64,000 bases of DNA from Azolla caroliniana (lineage: Eukaryota; Plantae; Polypodiophyta). Under the pieces are notes generated by a model. It was not told the origin of the DNA, did no database searches, and saw only the letters and a list, made by a program, of their open reading frames with translations. This document shows, piece after piece, positions 9,274 to 23,237 of this stretch. Position 1 is the first letter of the stretch, and the number at the start of each line of letters is the position of its first letter. A program made the translations under genes and the position numbers. The stretch covers positions 5,704,001 to 5,768,000 of the forward strand of contig JBHGNT010000020.1 of the NCBI GenBank assembly GCA_043228905.1, in the 5' to 3' direction.

Positions 9274-11139
9274 GCGGTTCCAGCTTGATTAGTGTCAAGG
9301 ATAAACATCCTCCCTTCACGACGCCCTTGCGCGATCACTTTGCCTTCCTCTTCTATGAAGCAGCCGAGGTGCGTGAATTGAACTTGCATATCTTGGTCGA
9401 CGATCTGATTGACCGACACAAGGTTCTTGGTTATTGTCGAGACGTGCAGCACGTTCATTAGCTTCCCTTTCTGCTCGACGTGGCTGAGGGAAACTTCGCC
9501 GACATGTTCGATGGTATGAGGAGTGTAGTCTCCCGTTTCGACCACTCCTTTCTTTTCCGGCTTCTCCAAGTACGAGAACCATTCCTCGTGACTCGTCATA
9601 TGATTTGACGCTCCGGAATCGACATACCACACCTCACTTGATTTTGAGGTGTTCACGTCCATTGAGTTGGCCTTATGCTTCATTACGAAGGCAGGGCCCG
9701 CTCCATTCCCGGCTCTTTCTGATCCTTCCGCGTAGTGTGACTTTTGACGCCTCTCCGCGTCCTTTCCGCTTGATCCGTCTTTGTCCGAAGTAGCCTTCTT
9801 TTTCCAGCACTCGCTCTCCTTGTGGCCTTTCTTGCCACAGTACCAACAATCCGATGCGGCCTTCTCTTGCCATCTTCCGGTGCCACCATGACTCCCCCTG
9901 CTTCTGGGGTGTTCGGAATTGCTTCCAACATTTCGATTATGCCGTCCATTCTTCTCTTTTCGGCCGCCTCCATTGCCCACCGATCTGCCTCGTTCACCAC
10001 AACCACGGGGCCTATCATCCTCCGTGTAGAGCATCTTGCCATCGGTGTGCGCACTCGTCGATGCACCCGCGTGGTTTTCTTCTTCGAGAAACATTGTCTG
10101 AAGCTCGAAAAATGAAGGCGTATTCTCCCTCGTGTTGACCGCCGTTCGGAAAGCTCCGAACTTGGACGCTAACCCGCCAAGACAAACCTGCACCATCTCG
10201 TCTTCCTTGACGTTCACGTTGACAGAGGCGAGTGAGTCGCAGATTTCTTTGATCTTGGTGGTGTAGTCAGCCACCGACATATCTCGTTGTCGTACATTGC
10301 TCAACTCTTGCCTAAGTTGAAGCTTCCTGGTTGTAGTGCTTACGGCGAAGACCTTTTTCAGGTTTCCCCAAGCTTCTTTGGGCATCTTGGAGTCTCAGAT
10401 ATGACTCAGCAGCTGGTCTCCGACACTGGACACAAAGCAGTACATCACTCTGCTTGCCGCTTGTTCCGACATTGGAAAGTCCGTGTATGTCACATCAGGT
10501 GCTGTGTCGTTAGCTCCGTCAACATAACTCTAGTAACCGTGCCCAAGCAGGTACTGGTGCATCTTGTACAACCAAGATGCGTAGTTGGATCTGTCGAGCT
10601 TCTCCACCGGGAGCGAGCTAGCCATTCCTCTGTCCATATCTGTTGTCTTCTCCTTTTTCGAAAAAAAAACAAAGAACAACTTCAACTCTGTTTTGTCGCA
10701 AGCTTATCTTGTCGGCTCTAGAGGACTTCAACCCTCGCGCTCTGATTCCATGTAAAAGTTGTGCGGAAGCGTGTGTGTAAACGCAGAGTAGTTCAGTAAA
10801 CAAAGAAAACACAAAGATGGAGATGGAGACAGAGAGACAGAGAGACTATATATCAAATTCAAAATAATTCTCTGTTTTGTACATACTTTGTGCTCAATAA
10901 GCACCTTATATACAAGCCCTGACAATCGGGCTGACACAAGTATTGACAATACTTGAATGCTCATAAATGAGCCGACTACACAAACTCCCAAAATTATTCC
11001 TTTACGAGGAATAATGCTCTAACGGCCTCTTCGGTTTTCACACCGATGCGGCCTGTTGTGCGTACTTTTTCACGCACCCAATCTACGCACTGGGTTACGT
11101 TGCGTACTTCACACCGAATGTTGAGGTTGTCTCTCAACA

Positions 11140-13870
11140 GATTCGGTAGTTGGAGAATTATTTTCAATCTCCCAATCGACTATTGTCTTTTCCTCCATGA
11201 AGACAATGTCGCAGCTCCTAATCACTTTCTTCTCGGCTAAGTCCCAGAGCCGATAGCCAAATTCATCCTTATTGTAGCCGAGAAATATACCTGGCCAAGA
11301 TTTCGGGTCTAATTTTCCCCTTTGGTCTTTTGCCACATGCACATAGGCAAGACAGCCGAACACCCTCAGATGTCGGTACGAAATGTCTTTGCGGCTCCAC
11401 ACCGTTTGTGGGATATCACCATCCAAGGGTACTGAGGGTGATCAGTTTATCACGTACGCTGCCATCATCAGCGCCTCAACCCAGAACGTCTCCGGTAACT
11501 TAGCATGCGCAAGCATACTTCGAACCCTTTCCATTACAGTCTGGTTCATTCTCTCGGCCAGCCCATTAAGATCTGGTGTCTTCGGCATGGTATACTAGAG
11601 CCAGATTCCTTGATTTCGGCAATATTCCTCAAATGGTCCACGGTACTCTCTGCCATTGTCCGCTTGGACTGCCTTCAGCTTTCGGCCGGTTTCTCTCTTG
11701 GCCCTTTCTTGGAACTCTTTGAAGATGGATAACACTTGATCCTTCATCTTCAGCATAGAAGCCCACAACTTCCAGCTACAATCATCAATGAAGGTCATGA
11801 AATACTGTGGACCACCATGCGACTTCATGTCCACATATCATACATTTGTATGCACGAGTTCCAGCAGCATTTGCTTCCTCATCGGGGGCCTTGCTCGGAA
11901 GGATGTTCAATTCTGTTTGCCAGCCAAACAATCAGTGCACTTCTCAAGTTGCATGTTCTTCACCTCCGGAATCAGGTTGTCCTCGGCAAGCTTTCGCATC
12001 CCCTTCTGGCTCATATGGCACAATCTCCTGTGCCATAGTTCACCGACCGTGTCAGTTGCCATGTTTGCTTCTCCTCGGCATATTCGAGCATTCATTATGT
12101 ACAGTGTGTTGATCTTCCGAGGTCGAGCCGTGATCAGGCTTGCAAAACTTCATGACACCGTTCTGGATGCTACCCATGTAGCTTTCATCATCTAGCCAAC
12201 CGGCTGATATTAGGTTCAATCGAACCTCCGGAACGTGTCGTACATCTCTCAACACAAGTCTGCACACAGTTGAGGTTTCCAAACACACATCTCCAATGCT
12301 GACGATTCGGTATGCTCCTTCATTTCCCATCTTTACAGATCCGAGGTCTCCGACTCTATAGGATGAGAAGCACTTTCAGTCAGGGGTTAGGTGAAACGAC
12401 ACACCCGAATCGACCACCCATGTTGATTCTTCGCCTGCAAGATTCACTTCGTTTTTCTCATTGATGAGCAAAAACTCCTCCTGACTCGTGACGATTGCTG
12501 AGGTGTTCTTCCTATCTGGGATTTTCTTCGGCTCTACACCATCAACTCCCCCTTTCTCCTTTCGAAAGTGTCAGAAGTTTTTCTAGAAGTGCCCCGGCTT
12601 CCCACAATAGAAGCACGTCAGTCTCCCCCTCGACTTCGACCTGGTTCCTAACTTATGTCACCTTCCGTGTCTAAGGCCTTTTGGTCGGTATTGGACTCTC
12701 GGTCCTTCTGGCGAGCTTCTACGCTTAGCAAGCTTGACTTCACCTACTCTAGGGATAGGTGTTTCCCTTCCGGTGCCGCGTTGCCCAACGTGACAACCAG
12801 CGGTTCCCAACTGTCCGGAAGGGATCCCAACAACAATAGTGTTAATACCTCATCGGCCAGAGGTACTTCTAGAGAGATGGTTTGGTTCATCAATCCTTGA
12901 AAGGCATTAATATGCTCCACCATACTGGAGCCATCCTGATACCGAAGCCTCACGATTTTTTGAAATATTGAGACTCAATTCATGGTGTTCTTGTTTTCGA
13001 ACATGACATTGATCTTCTTCCATAGGATGTCAACGTTTGTTTCTTCACCGAAGTTGTTGTATAGACTCATGTTTATAAAACACCTTATATATGTGGTCGC
13101 CTTCTGATGCAAAACTTCCCCAAGTCGTTGCATCGATCTTGTCTAGTCTTTTATCTCCGAATTGCAACGGCAGCCAGAGGTCTTTGCACACGAGCATGTC
13201 TCTCATCTTCGACTTCCACACTGAGTAGTTGGAGCCGGTGAGCTTAAACATGCCGCCGAACGAGTATTCCATCACTCTAATACCATTTTGTTAGGAATCG
13301 ACCGGCCATAACCGTTTACATGTTCGTATTCGTGTGTAGAAATCAAGAACTAGTACGCAAAAAGAAAAAAAACGTGAAGACACAAAGACACCGATGTTTT
13401 ACGTCGAAAACCCAGTTCGGAATCGACTGGCCCCAACCAATTACATGTTCGTATTTGTGTGCAGAAATCAAGAACTAGTACGCAGACAGAAAAAAAACGT
13501 GAAGACACAGAGACACTGATGTTTTACGTCGAAAACCCGAAATGGGAAAAACCACGGGGGTCCACAAACCCCGAGAAAAAACAGATCACTATGGTAGAAA
13601 GGAAGTACAAATACGGACCTCCAAGGCAACAACCTCCAAATACGGACGGCTACTGAGTTACACTCTCACACTCTCACTCACGGTTACAGAGGCAACTACC
13701 TCGTTCTAACTTTTACAATAATGATCAACTACACCTTTTCTAAAGTTTGCCCTAGGTGCTTATAAACAAAAGAAACTTTCCGGCTATTTACAAGTATAGC
13801 CCCCAAGAGGCATTTTAGACTATTTACAATTATAGCCCTCCAAAACAGTTTCGGTTTCGGCCTCAACCAA
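11140..13870 (-). mobile_element. Ty1/copia B (Tnt1/Tork-like), decayed 5' half
   Basis: Degenerate iMet PBS about 13275-13285, LTR from 13289 with an internal ~125-bp tandem duplication; gag (FKLTGSNYSVWKSKM), GAG-pre-integrase (LWHRRLCHMS), integrase fragments with stops; right end approximate. Confidence 0.85.
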
Positions 13871-13879
13871 ATGACCCTT

Positions 13880-14355
13880 GTGTCCTCGATTTCGGTTTCG
13901 GCCTTAGCCGAGTTACTCACCAGATCGATTCTTCTCTTCCCATCTGGAGGGACCTGTTTCCCAACACACAGCATGACGACAGAAACAGAGATCGGAAAGG
14001 CCAAAGTTTGTAGAGCTCGGTCTAGCAACACTTTGTCCTCCAAAATGTGGATCCCTTTCCTCCCTTCTCCCTCTCCTTTTATCGCTCAAGGAGAGAGGGA
14101 GGTCGTTACATCAGGCAATTAAGGTAGTCGCTTTCTGTGAGAGATTTCCCTCGATTCTCTCCACCTAAACTTCTTTTGGTTCTCTATAAGTGTGGGACAT
14201 AAAGTACCCCTTTTACTACTCTACCTACTACTTTAAATACTCTACTCATATTTACATCCGGTAGTACATAAAGACAGATTTGTGTGCATCCGTGCACACC
14301 CCCGTTCACGTGCATCCTCTCCCTTTTCTCCTAGTAGCCGGAATTCTTCACGACA
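13880..14355 (-). repeat. Truncated LTR of the TGTCG..GACA gypsy lineage
   Basis: Ends ..CACGACA followed by ACGT; similar to solo LTR 36520-37396 (GGAGGTCGTTACATCA, CCCGTTCAC, GCCGGAAT); left end approximate. Confidence 0.7.
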
Positions 14356-15363
14356 ACGTGACAAAGGTGCTTTAGAGGTTCAACATGGTGGATGTGAAGC
14401 TGATCGGGTCGACACTTTCGGCAAACTACAAGTTGTCCGGGAAACAAAGCTCAAAGAAAAAGGCGGAGAAAGTTGAGATTACGAAGGTATCGTATGTCTC
14501 AGCAGTCAGAAGCCTAATGTACGCAATAGTGTGTACCTTGCCGGTCATCGGATATGCGGTCGGAGTGGTTAGCTGGTTCATGAGCAATCCGGGAAGAGAG
14601 CACTAGGTCGCCATCAAGTGGATCCTCCGGTACCTGAAAGGCCCCTCGAGCATGTGCCTTGGATTTGGCTCAGGTAAACCTCTATTGGAAGGCTTTACTA
14701 ATTCAGACATGTCGGCGGATGTAGATACCAGCCGGTCCACATCCAGATACGCATGACCTATGTAGAGGGAGCCGTATGGTGGTAGTCGAGGCTGCAAAAA
14801 TCAGTGGCACTGTCGACAATGGAAGCGGAGTACATGGCGGTTGTAGAGGCCGGCAAGGAAGTAATCTAGATGAAGGACTTCATCGGAGAGCAGGGAAATC
14901 AACAGGAGGAATTCCGACTCTATTATGACAGTCAAAGTGCCATCGACCTTGCAAAGAACACGACCTACCACTCCAGGACCAAGCACATCCAAAGGAGATA
15001 TCACTAGCTTCGGGAGAAGGTGGAAGGCAAAGACTTTCCCCTGACGAAGATCCGCACGGAGGAGAACGAGTCAGACATGTTGACCAAGGTGTTGTAGGCC
15101 GAGAAGCTAGACGTGTGCCGAGGACGGATCGGATTGACAAGACATCTCATGCCGGAGTGAAGGGGGAGTTTGTTAGGAAATCGGTCCCTCTGGATGGGAA
15201 CCGAACGATCCAAATCCGATGTGAACCAGTAGTAGGAACATATTAGTAAATATGTTCGGATGTGCCTATTGAGGCGATACTTGTAAATAGCCCGAAATTT
15301 ATATGAGTATGAATAACTAGGGCAAAAACTTATTGTATGTAGTTAGTTCAGTTGTAACTGTTG

Positions 15364-15409
<46 letters not shown>

Positions 15410-15665
15410 TACAAGAAGTTGTATCAACTGTAACCGCCTGTTGGCGAAGATATAGCGCAAGAGGTCATTGCCTCTGAGTCTCTCATTGTAGCCTTCTTCT
15501 CTCTTATAGTGATCCTATTCGAACTCTTGTGATTTTGCCTCTCGAGGTTTTCCACATTAACATACGGTGTTGTCTCCTCTCGTAAGTGCACAATCTTTAT
15601 TTCAATTTTGTTTCTTCCATTGTGCGTTTGGATCTTGGTTGTGGCTAAGAACGATTCTTCTCACT
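14356..15665 (+). mobile_element. Ty1/copia C 3' fragment (RT end, RNase H, PPT, 3' LTR)
   Basis: YVTKVL..YHSRTKHI motifs with stops; PPT GAGTGAAGGGGGAG; LTR begins TGTTAGG at 15171; right end approximate. Confidence 0.82.
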
Positions 15666-16329
15666 TTGATTATACAATCAACTTGCAAGATGACGCATGT
15701 CCGTCCTTTGGTCCCATTTATGGGCTCTCTAAACCAAAGTTGGGGGCTTTCTGAACTTATATAATGAGAACCTTAAGATGGTTTTCATTCAACCATCTAA
15801 ATTGCCAACTTGGCTCGTTTCATCAATGTATTGATCATTGTAGTCTTAATATAACCACAATATGTAATCATTATGCATTATCTTTAACTCCAAAACTATG
15901 CAATCAATAGTGGATCTCTAATAGGTGATTAGGAACTAGGAATGGTAGACATCGGAACTTGTTGGCCATACATCAAGTGGAATGGTGTGTGTCTAATGAC
16001 AACTTTCTAAGATATCCCAAAAGCCCATAGAGTTGCGTTAGGTTTTTCATTTCAATCGAAGTAGATGCCATAATGATTTGGGTGTATGGTATCCATATGT
16101 GGTGATGATACGTCAATCATCATATGACGCTCGTTTGCCCTTGCTTGCTTCTGTGACGCCATCCGACTTTCCAATAATTGGGTCTCTTTGTGTGCTCGCT
16201 CACTCATGCTCTTCTATAAAATAGACACACTGACATAAAAGTGTCACATCTAACATGTATGTATGTACATATGTGATGGATAAAAACATAAAAGTTGAGA
16301 AAGACCGGCTTCCCTTATTTTGTTTGTGT

Positions 16330-16361
<32 letters not shown>

Positions 16362-16437
16362 AAGGGTGGGCGGGCAAAGGAAGAAGAAAGCAAACAAACA
16401 AGGTCCCCTTTACACCCCCCCCCCCCCCCCCTCCCAT

Positions 16438-16471
<34 letters not shown>

Positions 16472-16599
16472 TTAGATCAATACATACGTACATACATACA
16501 TACAGAGGTCCCCATCTCCACTTCTTCCTTCTCGTTCCATTGAGTTTCTTCGTCACGCCCGCTTCCTTCCCTTTTGGCAAAGTTCCTTTCTTCTCTAGG

Positions 16600-16637
<38 letters not shown>
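16330..16637. repeat. (CT)n and poly-C microsatellites in the promoter/5' UTR of the host gene
   Basis: (CT)n at about 16330, 16440, 16603 and a C run at 16414-16431. Confidence 0.9.
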
Positions 16638-16644
<7 letters not shown>

Positions 16645-17244
16645 CTCTGGGTTTCCTGTCCAATTTAATGCACAATAGGTTTTGTTCTTTTTCCTTTCTC
16701 TTCTTTGTTCATCTCTGTTTTTTTGGGGAATCAGAGAAGAATGGGTTTCTTTTTCTATTTTCTTTTTTGTTTCTTGTATTTTGTTCCCGCATTGCATTGA
16801 TTTCTGTTTTACTGTTAGGGTTTGTTATGATTTTCTTCTCTTGCTTCAATTGCTATATGTATGCAGGTAAGGCATACAAACATGCATTGTATTATCGTAT
16901 GTATGTATGTATTATATCGTATAATTCATTGTACGTGTTGTAATATCTATATGTGGGTGTATATGTCTATGTATTGCATTGCATTGCATTTTTATTGTAT
17001 ATATGCGTGTGCATTTGTTGGTTTGTATATGTATGCATGCACGTATGTGTATATGTGTATGCCATGCCATTGAGAGGCATATATGCATGGATTTTTGCAC
17101 ATATACACACAAACACATGCATACATACAGTCATGTCATAATGAAGTAGGAATATACACATACACATAAGGTTCACGCCCTTAGTCATGCCATTGAGTGT
17201 TGACCAATTTCTACCCTTTTATATTGGCAGAGTTTGAATTTGGC

Positions 17245-18299
17245 ATGGACATATCTGTAGATGTGGAACCATCATTGACATCAAAAATCGTGCACTCTCA
17301 CCAAGTAGGTTTCAAGAACAACATTGAAATAGCATATTTTTTTCAATATGCAAATTGCCTATTTTTTCTATGCCTAAAGGAAGCCATTTTTTTACCATAT
17401 ACATACATACATCCATATACATATACATATACATATATATACATATACATATATATATATATATATATATATGTCTGTGTGTGTATCTTTTATTATTATT
17501 AATGCCAAGTAGATATTTGTGCTTGGTTCGAATTTAGGTTCCATCACCTCGAACACGAATTGCAGACATTGGGCTCATTGGCCGCCATCCCGAAGTATAT
17601 GAGCCGTGTGATGATTCATTCGCCCTTGTAGATGCACTTCTTGCAGACCGGCAACATCTCTGTGCCCTTCAACCTAATGTGTGCTTAGAGGTTGGGTGTG
17701 GAAGTGGGTATGTTATAACATCACTAGCTTTGATACTTGGTAGCAATTGTGACAAAAAAATCCAATACTTAGCCACCGATATAAGTGAAGTAGCTGTCAA
17801 CACTACTCGATTGACACTTGAAGCACATCGGGTCAATGCTGAGGTAATTGTGACTGACCTTGTCTCAGGGCTAGAGAAACAACTCAATGGTAGTGTTGAT
17901 GTGCTCCTCTTTAATCCACCTTATGTCCCCACACCAGAGGATGAGGTGGGTGTAAATGGAATTACATCTTCATGGGCTGGAGGAGATAAAGGCCGGACCG
18001 TGATTGATCGGATGCTATCAATCGTTGATTCTCTGTTATCCAGTAAAGGAATATTCTATCTTGTAACAGTCACAGCCAACAATCCCGGGGAGATTTGTCA
18101 AATCATGAGAAGGAAAGGGTTTGCATCAAGAATAGTCGTTCAACGTTATACTGAAGAGGAGAGTTTACACATCTTGAAGTTTTGGCGAGATACGTTAGAT
18201 GAAGGGTTATTAGATTTTACCGGACCAACCCTTCCATCTCCACGATCTTCCACATCGTTCCTGCAGCGTTCTCTTTCACGTTTAGTATCATTTAAGTGA
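17245..18299 (+). CDS. HEMK2: HemK-family eRF1 glutamine methyltransferase (HEMK2/N6AMT1/MTQ2 orthologue), 2 coding exons, about 273 aa
   Basis: Exon 17245-17304, phase-0 GT..AG intron 17305-17537, exon 17538-18299; HPEVYEPCDDSFALVDAL, SAM motif LEVGCGSG, FNPPY, WAGG; likely 5' UTR intron 16599-17230. First coding exon is less certain than the second. Confidence 0.92.
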
Positions 18300-19029
18300 A
18301 AAAAGAAAGCGTACATACAATTTCAGCAATTGTACATAGTGGATCTTTTGTTTTGACACTTGGCCACCAGAAAAAGGGGCTTTGATAATGTCATGCCTCA
18401 AATGCCATGTTTTCCTTACGAAATTTTCTATTTGTGATATGTTTTTTAAATGTATTTTGTCGATGTTGTTCCCTTATCCTCATCGTTTACCTAAAAATTT
18501 AACTGGAAGGGTAAAAATGCAATTTAAAACATGTGAGCCAAAAGGTTCAGTGAAATGGAACTCAGCAATGGGGATTGTGCAAATCTTGCATGCATGGCAT
18601 GATATATTTGCTTGAGGAAGCTAGCCATCGCTAGGTATTCTTAGAATTAACTTATACTAGTTTGTATAATCGCCCTTGGTAAGTTTCATCAACACTCTTT
18701 GTGTAAGTTGCTGTAATCTTTGCATTATTGACTGCATCGTAAGGTGTCTCTACTTTCTGTTTTATTGACCATTGAAAAATTGTATAACTATCAAATTCTC
18801 TCTTTAAATTATATTGTTGGATTTTGGAGACAACGTGGAAGGTTATCATTGATGTACAAGATTATAAGACTTGTGGACGGTGGCTTTCAAGGTTATAATT
18901 ATTAGTAATTACCAACTATATTATGATCTCATGTCTAAAAATTAGAAAATCCACCTGACTGGTAATTCTGAAGAATCCCTTACAAGATTAATTACAATTA
19001 TTTGGATGTTGATGTTTACATTTGGAATT

Positions 19030-19600
19030 TCTCTATTTAAAATTTAGCAATTTGTCTTTTAAGATTCAAAACTTCTTGGAATTTGGTATTATCTTTTGGA
19101 TTTTTCTTCAGGTTAAGACATTTTGAATTTCTAGGTTCATATAAGTTTAAGATTGTCCATATAATCAGAAGGCTGTTCTCTATTTAAGATTTAGCAATTT
19201 TCATCTTTTAAGATTCAAAACTTTTTGTTGTATTGTCTTTTGGATTTTTCTTCAGGTTAAGACATTTTGAATTTCTGGGTTTATATAAGTTTAAAATTGA
19301 CCCATATAATCAGAAGGCTATTTGAGTTTATATTTGTTTTGCTAACTAGTGTGATTGGTATAGACACATTCTTTTGTGTGGATCACTCTTTAATTCAAGT
19401 TTGGATTTATGCAATGGCGTTGAGATTGATGTTTATGAATGTGAGTCCTACAATTTCAAAATTCCAACATTCTGAATCTATGAGCAATAAGAGTGAGTCC
19501 TAGAATTTCAATAATCCAACATTCTGAATCTATCAGCAATAAGAGTAAGTCCTAGAATTTCAATAATCCAACATTTTGAATCTATGAGCAATAAATGGTA
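19030..19600. repeat. Local tandem duplications (~150 bp x2; ~52 bp x3)
   Basis: TTTAAGATTCAAAAC..TTCTTCAGGTTAAGACATTTTGAATTTC repeated; GAGTCCTAGAATTTCAATAATCCAACATTCTGAATCTATGAGCAATAA three times at 19440-19595. Confidence 0.8.
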
Positions 19601-21800
19601 AGAGTCCAAAGTGTGATCACCTTGTGTTTTAGTGCACAATGCCTTGTTATTTGAGCTTGGTGAAAATTAGCTTGCTCGAAAGATTGTTTTTTTGCATAAT
19701 ACATACAATCAAAATTATTAGCTACAAATAGCAACTCGAAATGATTCTCATCAATTAAATATGTATTTATTGATCATAATCTTCACATTTATGCCTAAGA
19801 TTTCACATACGACAACAACGCAAATATTCATGTGTTCATGTGTAAAAGTGGATTAATGCATCAACCCACAAAAGCCTAAAGAGTTCATTTTAAATCCCCC
19901 TATAAGCTATATTCCATCAATCAAGATGTGAACAAGTAACAATCATCTATCATTGGTGGTTAAACCTCATGCTTGGTAGCGGAATTGGTTGAACACCATA
20001 TTAATAAGTCGTATAATCAGGTGGTGGTTGATTGAATTGTCAAACTCCCTATTAATAAATTGAAAATGATGTTTTTTTCATGTCCCCACCTAAGAAAATG
20101 AATGCATATAAAGGTAAGAATCTAAACATCATCAATAATTCACATGCTATTAGAAATCATACATCCTACTCTTTATTTGACACCATATCCCTATTAATAA
20201 ATCGCAAATGCTATTTTCTTTCATATCCCCACCTAGGAATTTTGAATGCATATTAAACCACTTTAGCATTTCACTTCCAAGATTCTAAATATTAACAACA
20301 ATTCACATGCCATTAGAAATCATACACCCTAGGGCCTACAACTATGAAAAACAATGTGAAACACACCTACTTTTCCAAGTTGCGCAATGTTGCTTGCTAA
20401 AAAATGTACTTGTGAGGCAACATATGTCGCCGAATGAGAGGCTACAAATCCTCCTTCCCCATGAGAAATACTATAATTTCATATTTTACATAGCGTTAAA
20501 CCTTGGCTTATTTTTCAATACCATCAACTCATACATAGGAAGCTTATACGCTATGCAAGGACAATGGAGAGTTCGAATATTCTTCCCACTTGGGGCATCA
20601 TGTAAATGGTGTAGAAATGATTAAAGTGCTATGCTATCATGTAACTAGTGTAGCTTGACATATTTAAATAATAAAAGTATTCAACTTTCACTTTATCCTC
20701 TTTCGACATCTATTTCATATGATCCCATTCTCTCCCCGTGCATCTTATTTACTTCTTCGATCTCCCCTTTAATTAAATGCTAGCAATTCAATGTGATAAC
20801 CATGACTTGCATTCCAACATGACTACAATAAATGGAAGAAAAGAACATGAAAAGTAAGAACATAGATTATAGTGAAGAAAAGATGAAAGAGAGTCAACCT
20901 AAGAAGACAAATGTCAAAATTGAAGAGGTGAGATTAGCGACAATAGGAATGATGTACGCTTTGTCTTGTCATGCTTTAATGTCATTTCAAAGGCTTCTTT
21001 TCAGGTTACTAGGTTTAGTCATTTTGTCAATTATGTAACCTAATAATTACATATATAGAATCTAGTTAGTATGTTGACTATAAAGTCTTAAATAGGATTT
21101 TGTAGTTCGTACTTACCCTCGGGCCTCCACCACCATCACCTCCTAAATTGCCCCTTATATCATGCTACTTCCACTAACTAAGGCATGTCGATTCGTTAAG
21201 TGTGGGATACATTCTAGATCCCCCACTACCAAACTCATTTAATATAAGACTTACACCCTTATACCTATATTCTCTTCTCACATGTGCACCCTTGCACATG
21301 AGATGTATTTATACCACATTGTGGGTATTTTTGTAACTTGGCGTCTTTTAATACAAGAAATAGCTCTTAAGCTACTCTTGTTAATCATCCCCCATTTAAT
21401 TATTCATGAGGATAATTCCCATTAATATCTCATTTAACTTACTCTCTCTCTCTCTCACTCACACACACACACACACACACACACGATTAACCACTCACAT
21501 AATTAGATGGTAATGAACTCATAGTTAGTTACCTAATTATTAACAGTTGCCTTGTCTTCATTATGTGGATTTTGAGCATTGTGATCATGTATTTATGGTA
21601 AACATGTTCAAACATCTCATTAACTAAAATATTTTCCTCTAGAGTAAATAAATTTTGGATGTATGATAGATTCTAGAATAACTTTAAGGTAGGAAGGAAT
21701 ATTTTGTCAATTCTGTCACGTCATGAAAAGTATGAGTTTACCCTATTTGTAGCAAGGACAATGTTCTTGATAACTTCAAATTAACTTTTACATTCATTAA

Positions 21801-23237
21801 TGTTGAGAATCAAGCTCAACCTAGACTAACGTGTGAACACACCTTTTAGAATCTATTAACACTCAAAGGTCAAAAGTCACCATTACTCTCTATACATTAA
21901 CTATGTGTCATAGAATCATATCCTATGACACATAACTAATGAGTTCCATATTCCCATGACTAATGAGTCTTCACATTCCCCAAGGTTCTAGAGAGAAAGA
22001 GGGTGTTGTAGCGAGTAATGAAGAGAGAGGGTGACCTTATATAAAGCACCCGCCTCCCACTTCATAAAGTGTCGGTTGTCCTCCCTTGTAATGCTACAAT
22101 TTTGTATTTCACATTCTCCTTGTTAATATACACCTTCTTCTTGAGTATTTCATTTTCATTTATCTATCTTGTATTTCTCTTCTCTTCTCTCCTCTTTCCA
22201 CAAACACAAACACACACACAACACACATCTCTTCCACTGCACAAAATCATATCCAATTGTTTACATGGTATCAGAGCGTGTGGTTTAACACATCCACTAA
22301 GCCCACTCGCCTCATCGTGACTGTGTGTTCGATACACCGACGATAAATATGGGTATCTGCTATCGTAGTGGCACTACATAGCTCGTGTTCGAAAGAGAAG
22401 GAAAAGAAGAAGGAAGAAATATTCATAGACACAATGAATACTCAAATGGGGACCACTCTCCATAGCAAGAAGTTGGATAGAAACAACTTTGCATCTTGGG
22501 AGTACAAGATGCACCAATACCTTGTCGACCAAGGCTATTGGAGCTACATCAAAGGAGCACAAGAAAATCGACTCGACCCAACGACTCCTAAATACTCAAC
22601 ATGGGAGCAAGTCGCAAGATGAGTGATGTATTGCTTGGCGACATGTGTCCATGACCACATGCTTGGCTACTTTCGAGAAGCCAAGATGCCGAAAGAAGCT
22701 TGGGAGAATCTCAAGAAGGTATTCGCCGCCAATACGATGGCATGAAAGCTCCAACTCTACCAAGAGTTGAATAACATTCAACAAAGGGACATGTCCATCA
22801 CAAGCTACAACTTGAAGATCAAGGAGCTTTGTGACTCGCTCAACTCGATAAGCGTCAACGTGGAGGATGATGAGATGGTGCAAATATGCCTAGGCGGCCT
22901 CACACCACGGTTTGGCGCAATGAGAACCATTGTTCTAGCAAGGGAGAATCTTCCCTACTTCTCCGATCTTCAAGCAATGTTGTTGGTTGAAGAAAACCAT
23001 GTTCGAACAAGGAGCAACGCCTTGGAAGGCCACATGCTCTACTCACACTTGGACGGAGGAAGAGGACGTTGTCGAGCAAGAAGAGGCTGATTTGGCGAAG
23101 GACGAGGTGGAAGAGGTCCGACTTATGAAAACAACTCCCAATTTCTGCAAGAAAACTGAAACAATTGAGGAACGTTCGGAAGAAAGGAGAGCTTCCATGC
23201 CGGTTCAAGACGACATAACTCAATCGAGTGCGGATAT
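21801..23237 (+). mobile_element. Ty1/copia D 5' fragment (LTR, PBS, decayed gag)
   Basis: LTR 21801-22265 TGTTGAG..TTTACA, PBS TGGTATCAGAGC 22266-22277, gag homologous to copia A with stops. Confidence 0.88.

Larger units (their letters stand above)
1..11139 (-). mobile_element. Ty1/copia LTR retrotransposon A (decayed, 3' end outside window), interrupted by gypsy E1
   Basis: 5' LTR 10751-11139 (TGTTGAG..TTTTACA on minus), PBS TGGAATCAGAGC (iMet-like) abutting at 10750; gag/zinc knuckle/protease (CWYCGKKGHKESEC, WYVDSGASNHM) in ORF 9261-10385; integrase (LIHSDVWGP, LRSDGGKEY) 820-1980; RT (RYKARLVAKGY) 1-623 with frameshifts and stops. Confidence 0.92.

Noticed and set aside
16200-17537. 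Short ORFs rich in S/L, R/E, Y/I/M/C
   Set aside because: Translations of (CT)n, (TA)n and TATG microsatellites in UTR and introns.
17679-18299. NPPY motif suggesting a DNA N6-adenine methyltransferase or restriction-modification gene
   Set aside because: VYEP.DDSF, WAGG and the intron structure identify HEMK2/N6AMT1, a protein glutamine methyltransferase.
20040-20330. Duplicated ~140-bp block downstream of the gene
   Set aside because: Diverged local duplication without termini, TSD or coding signal; no function can be supported.
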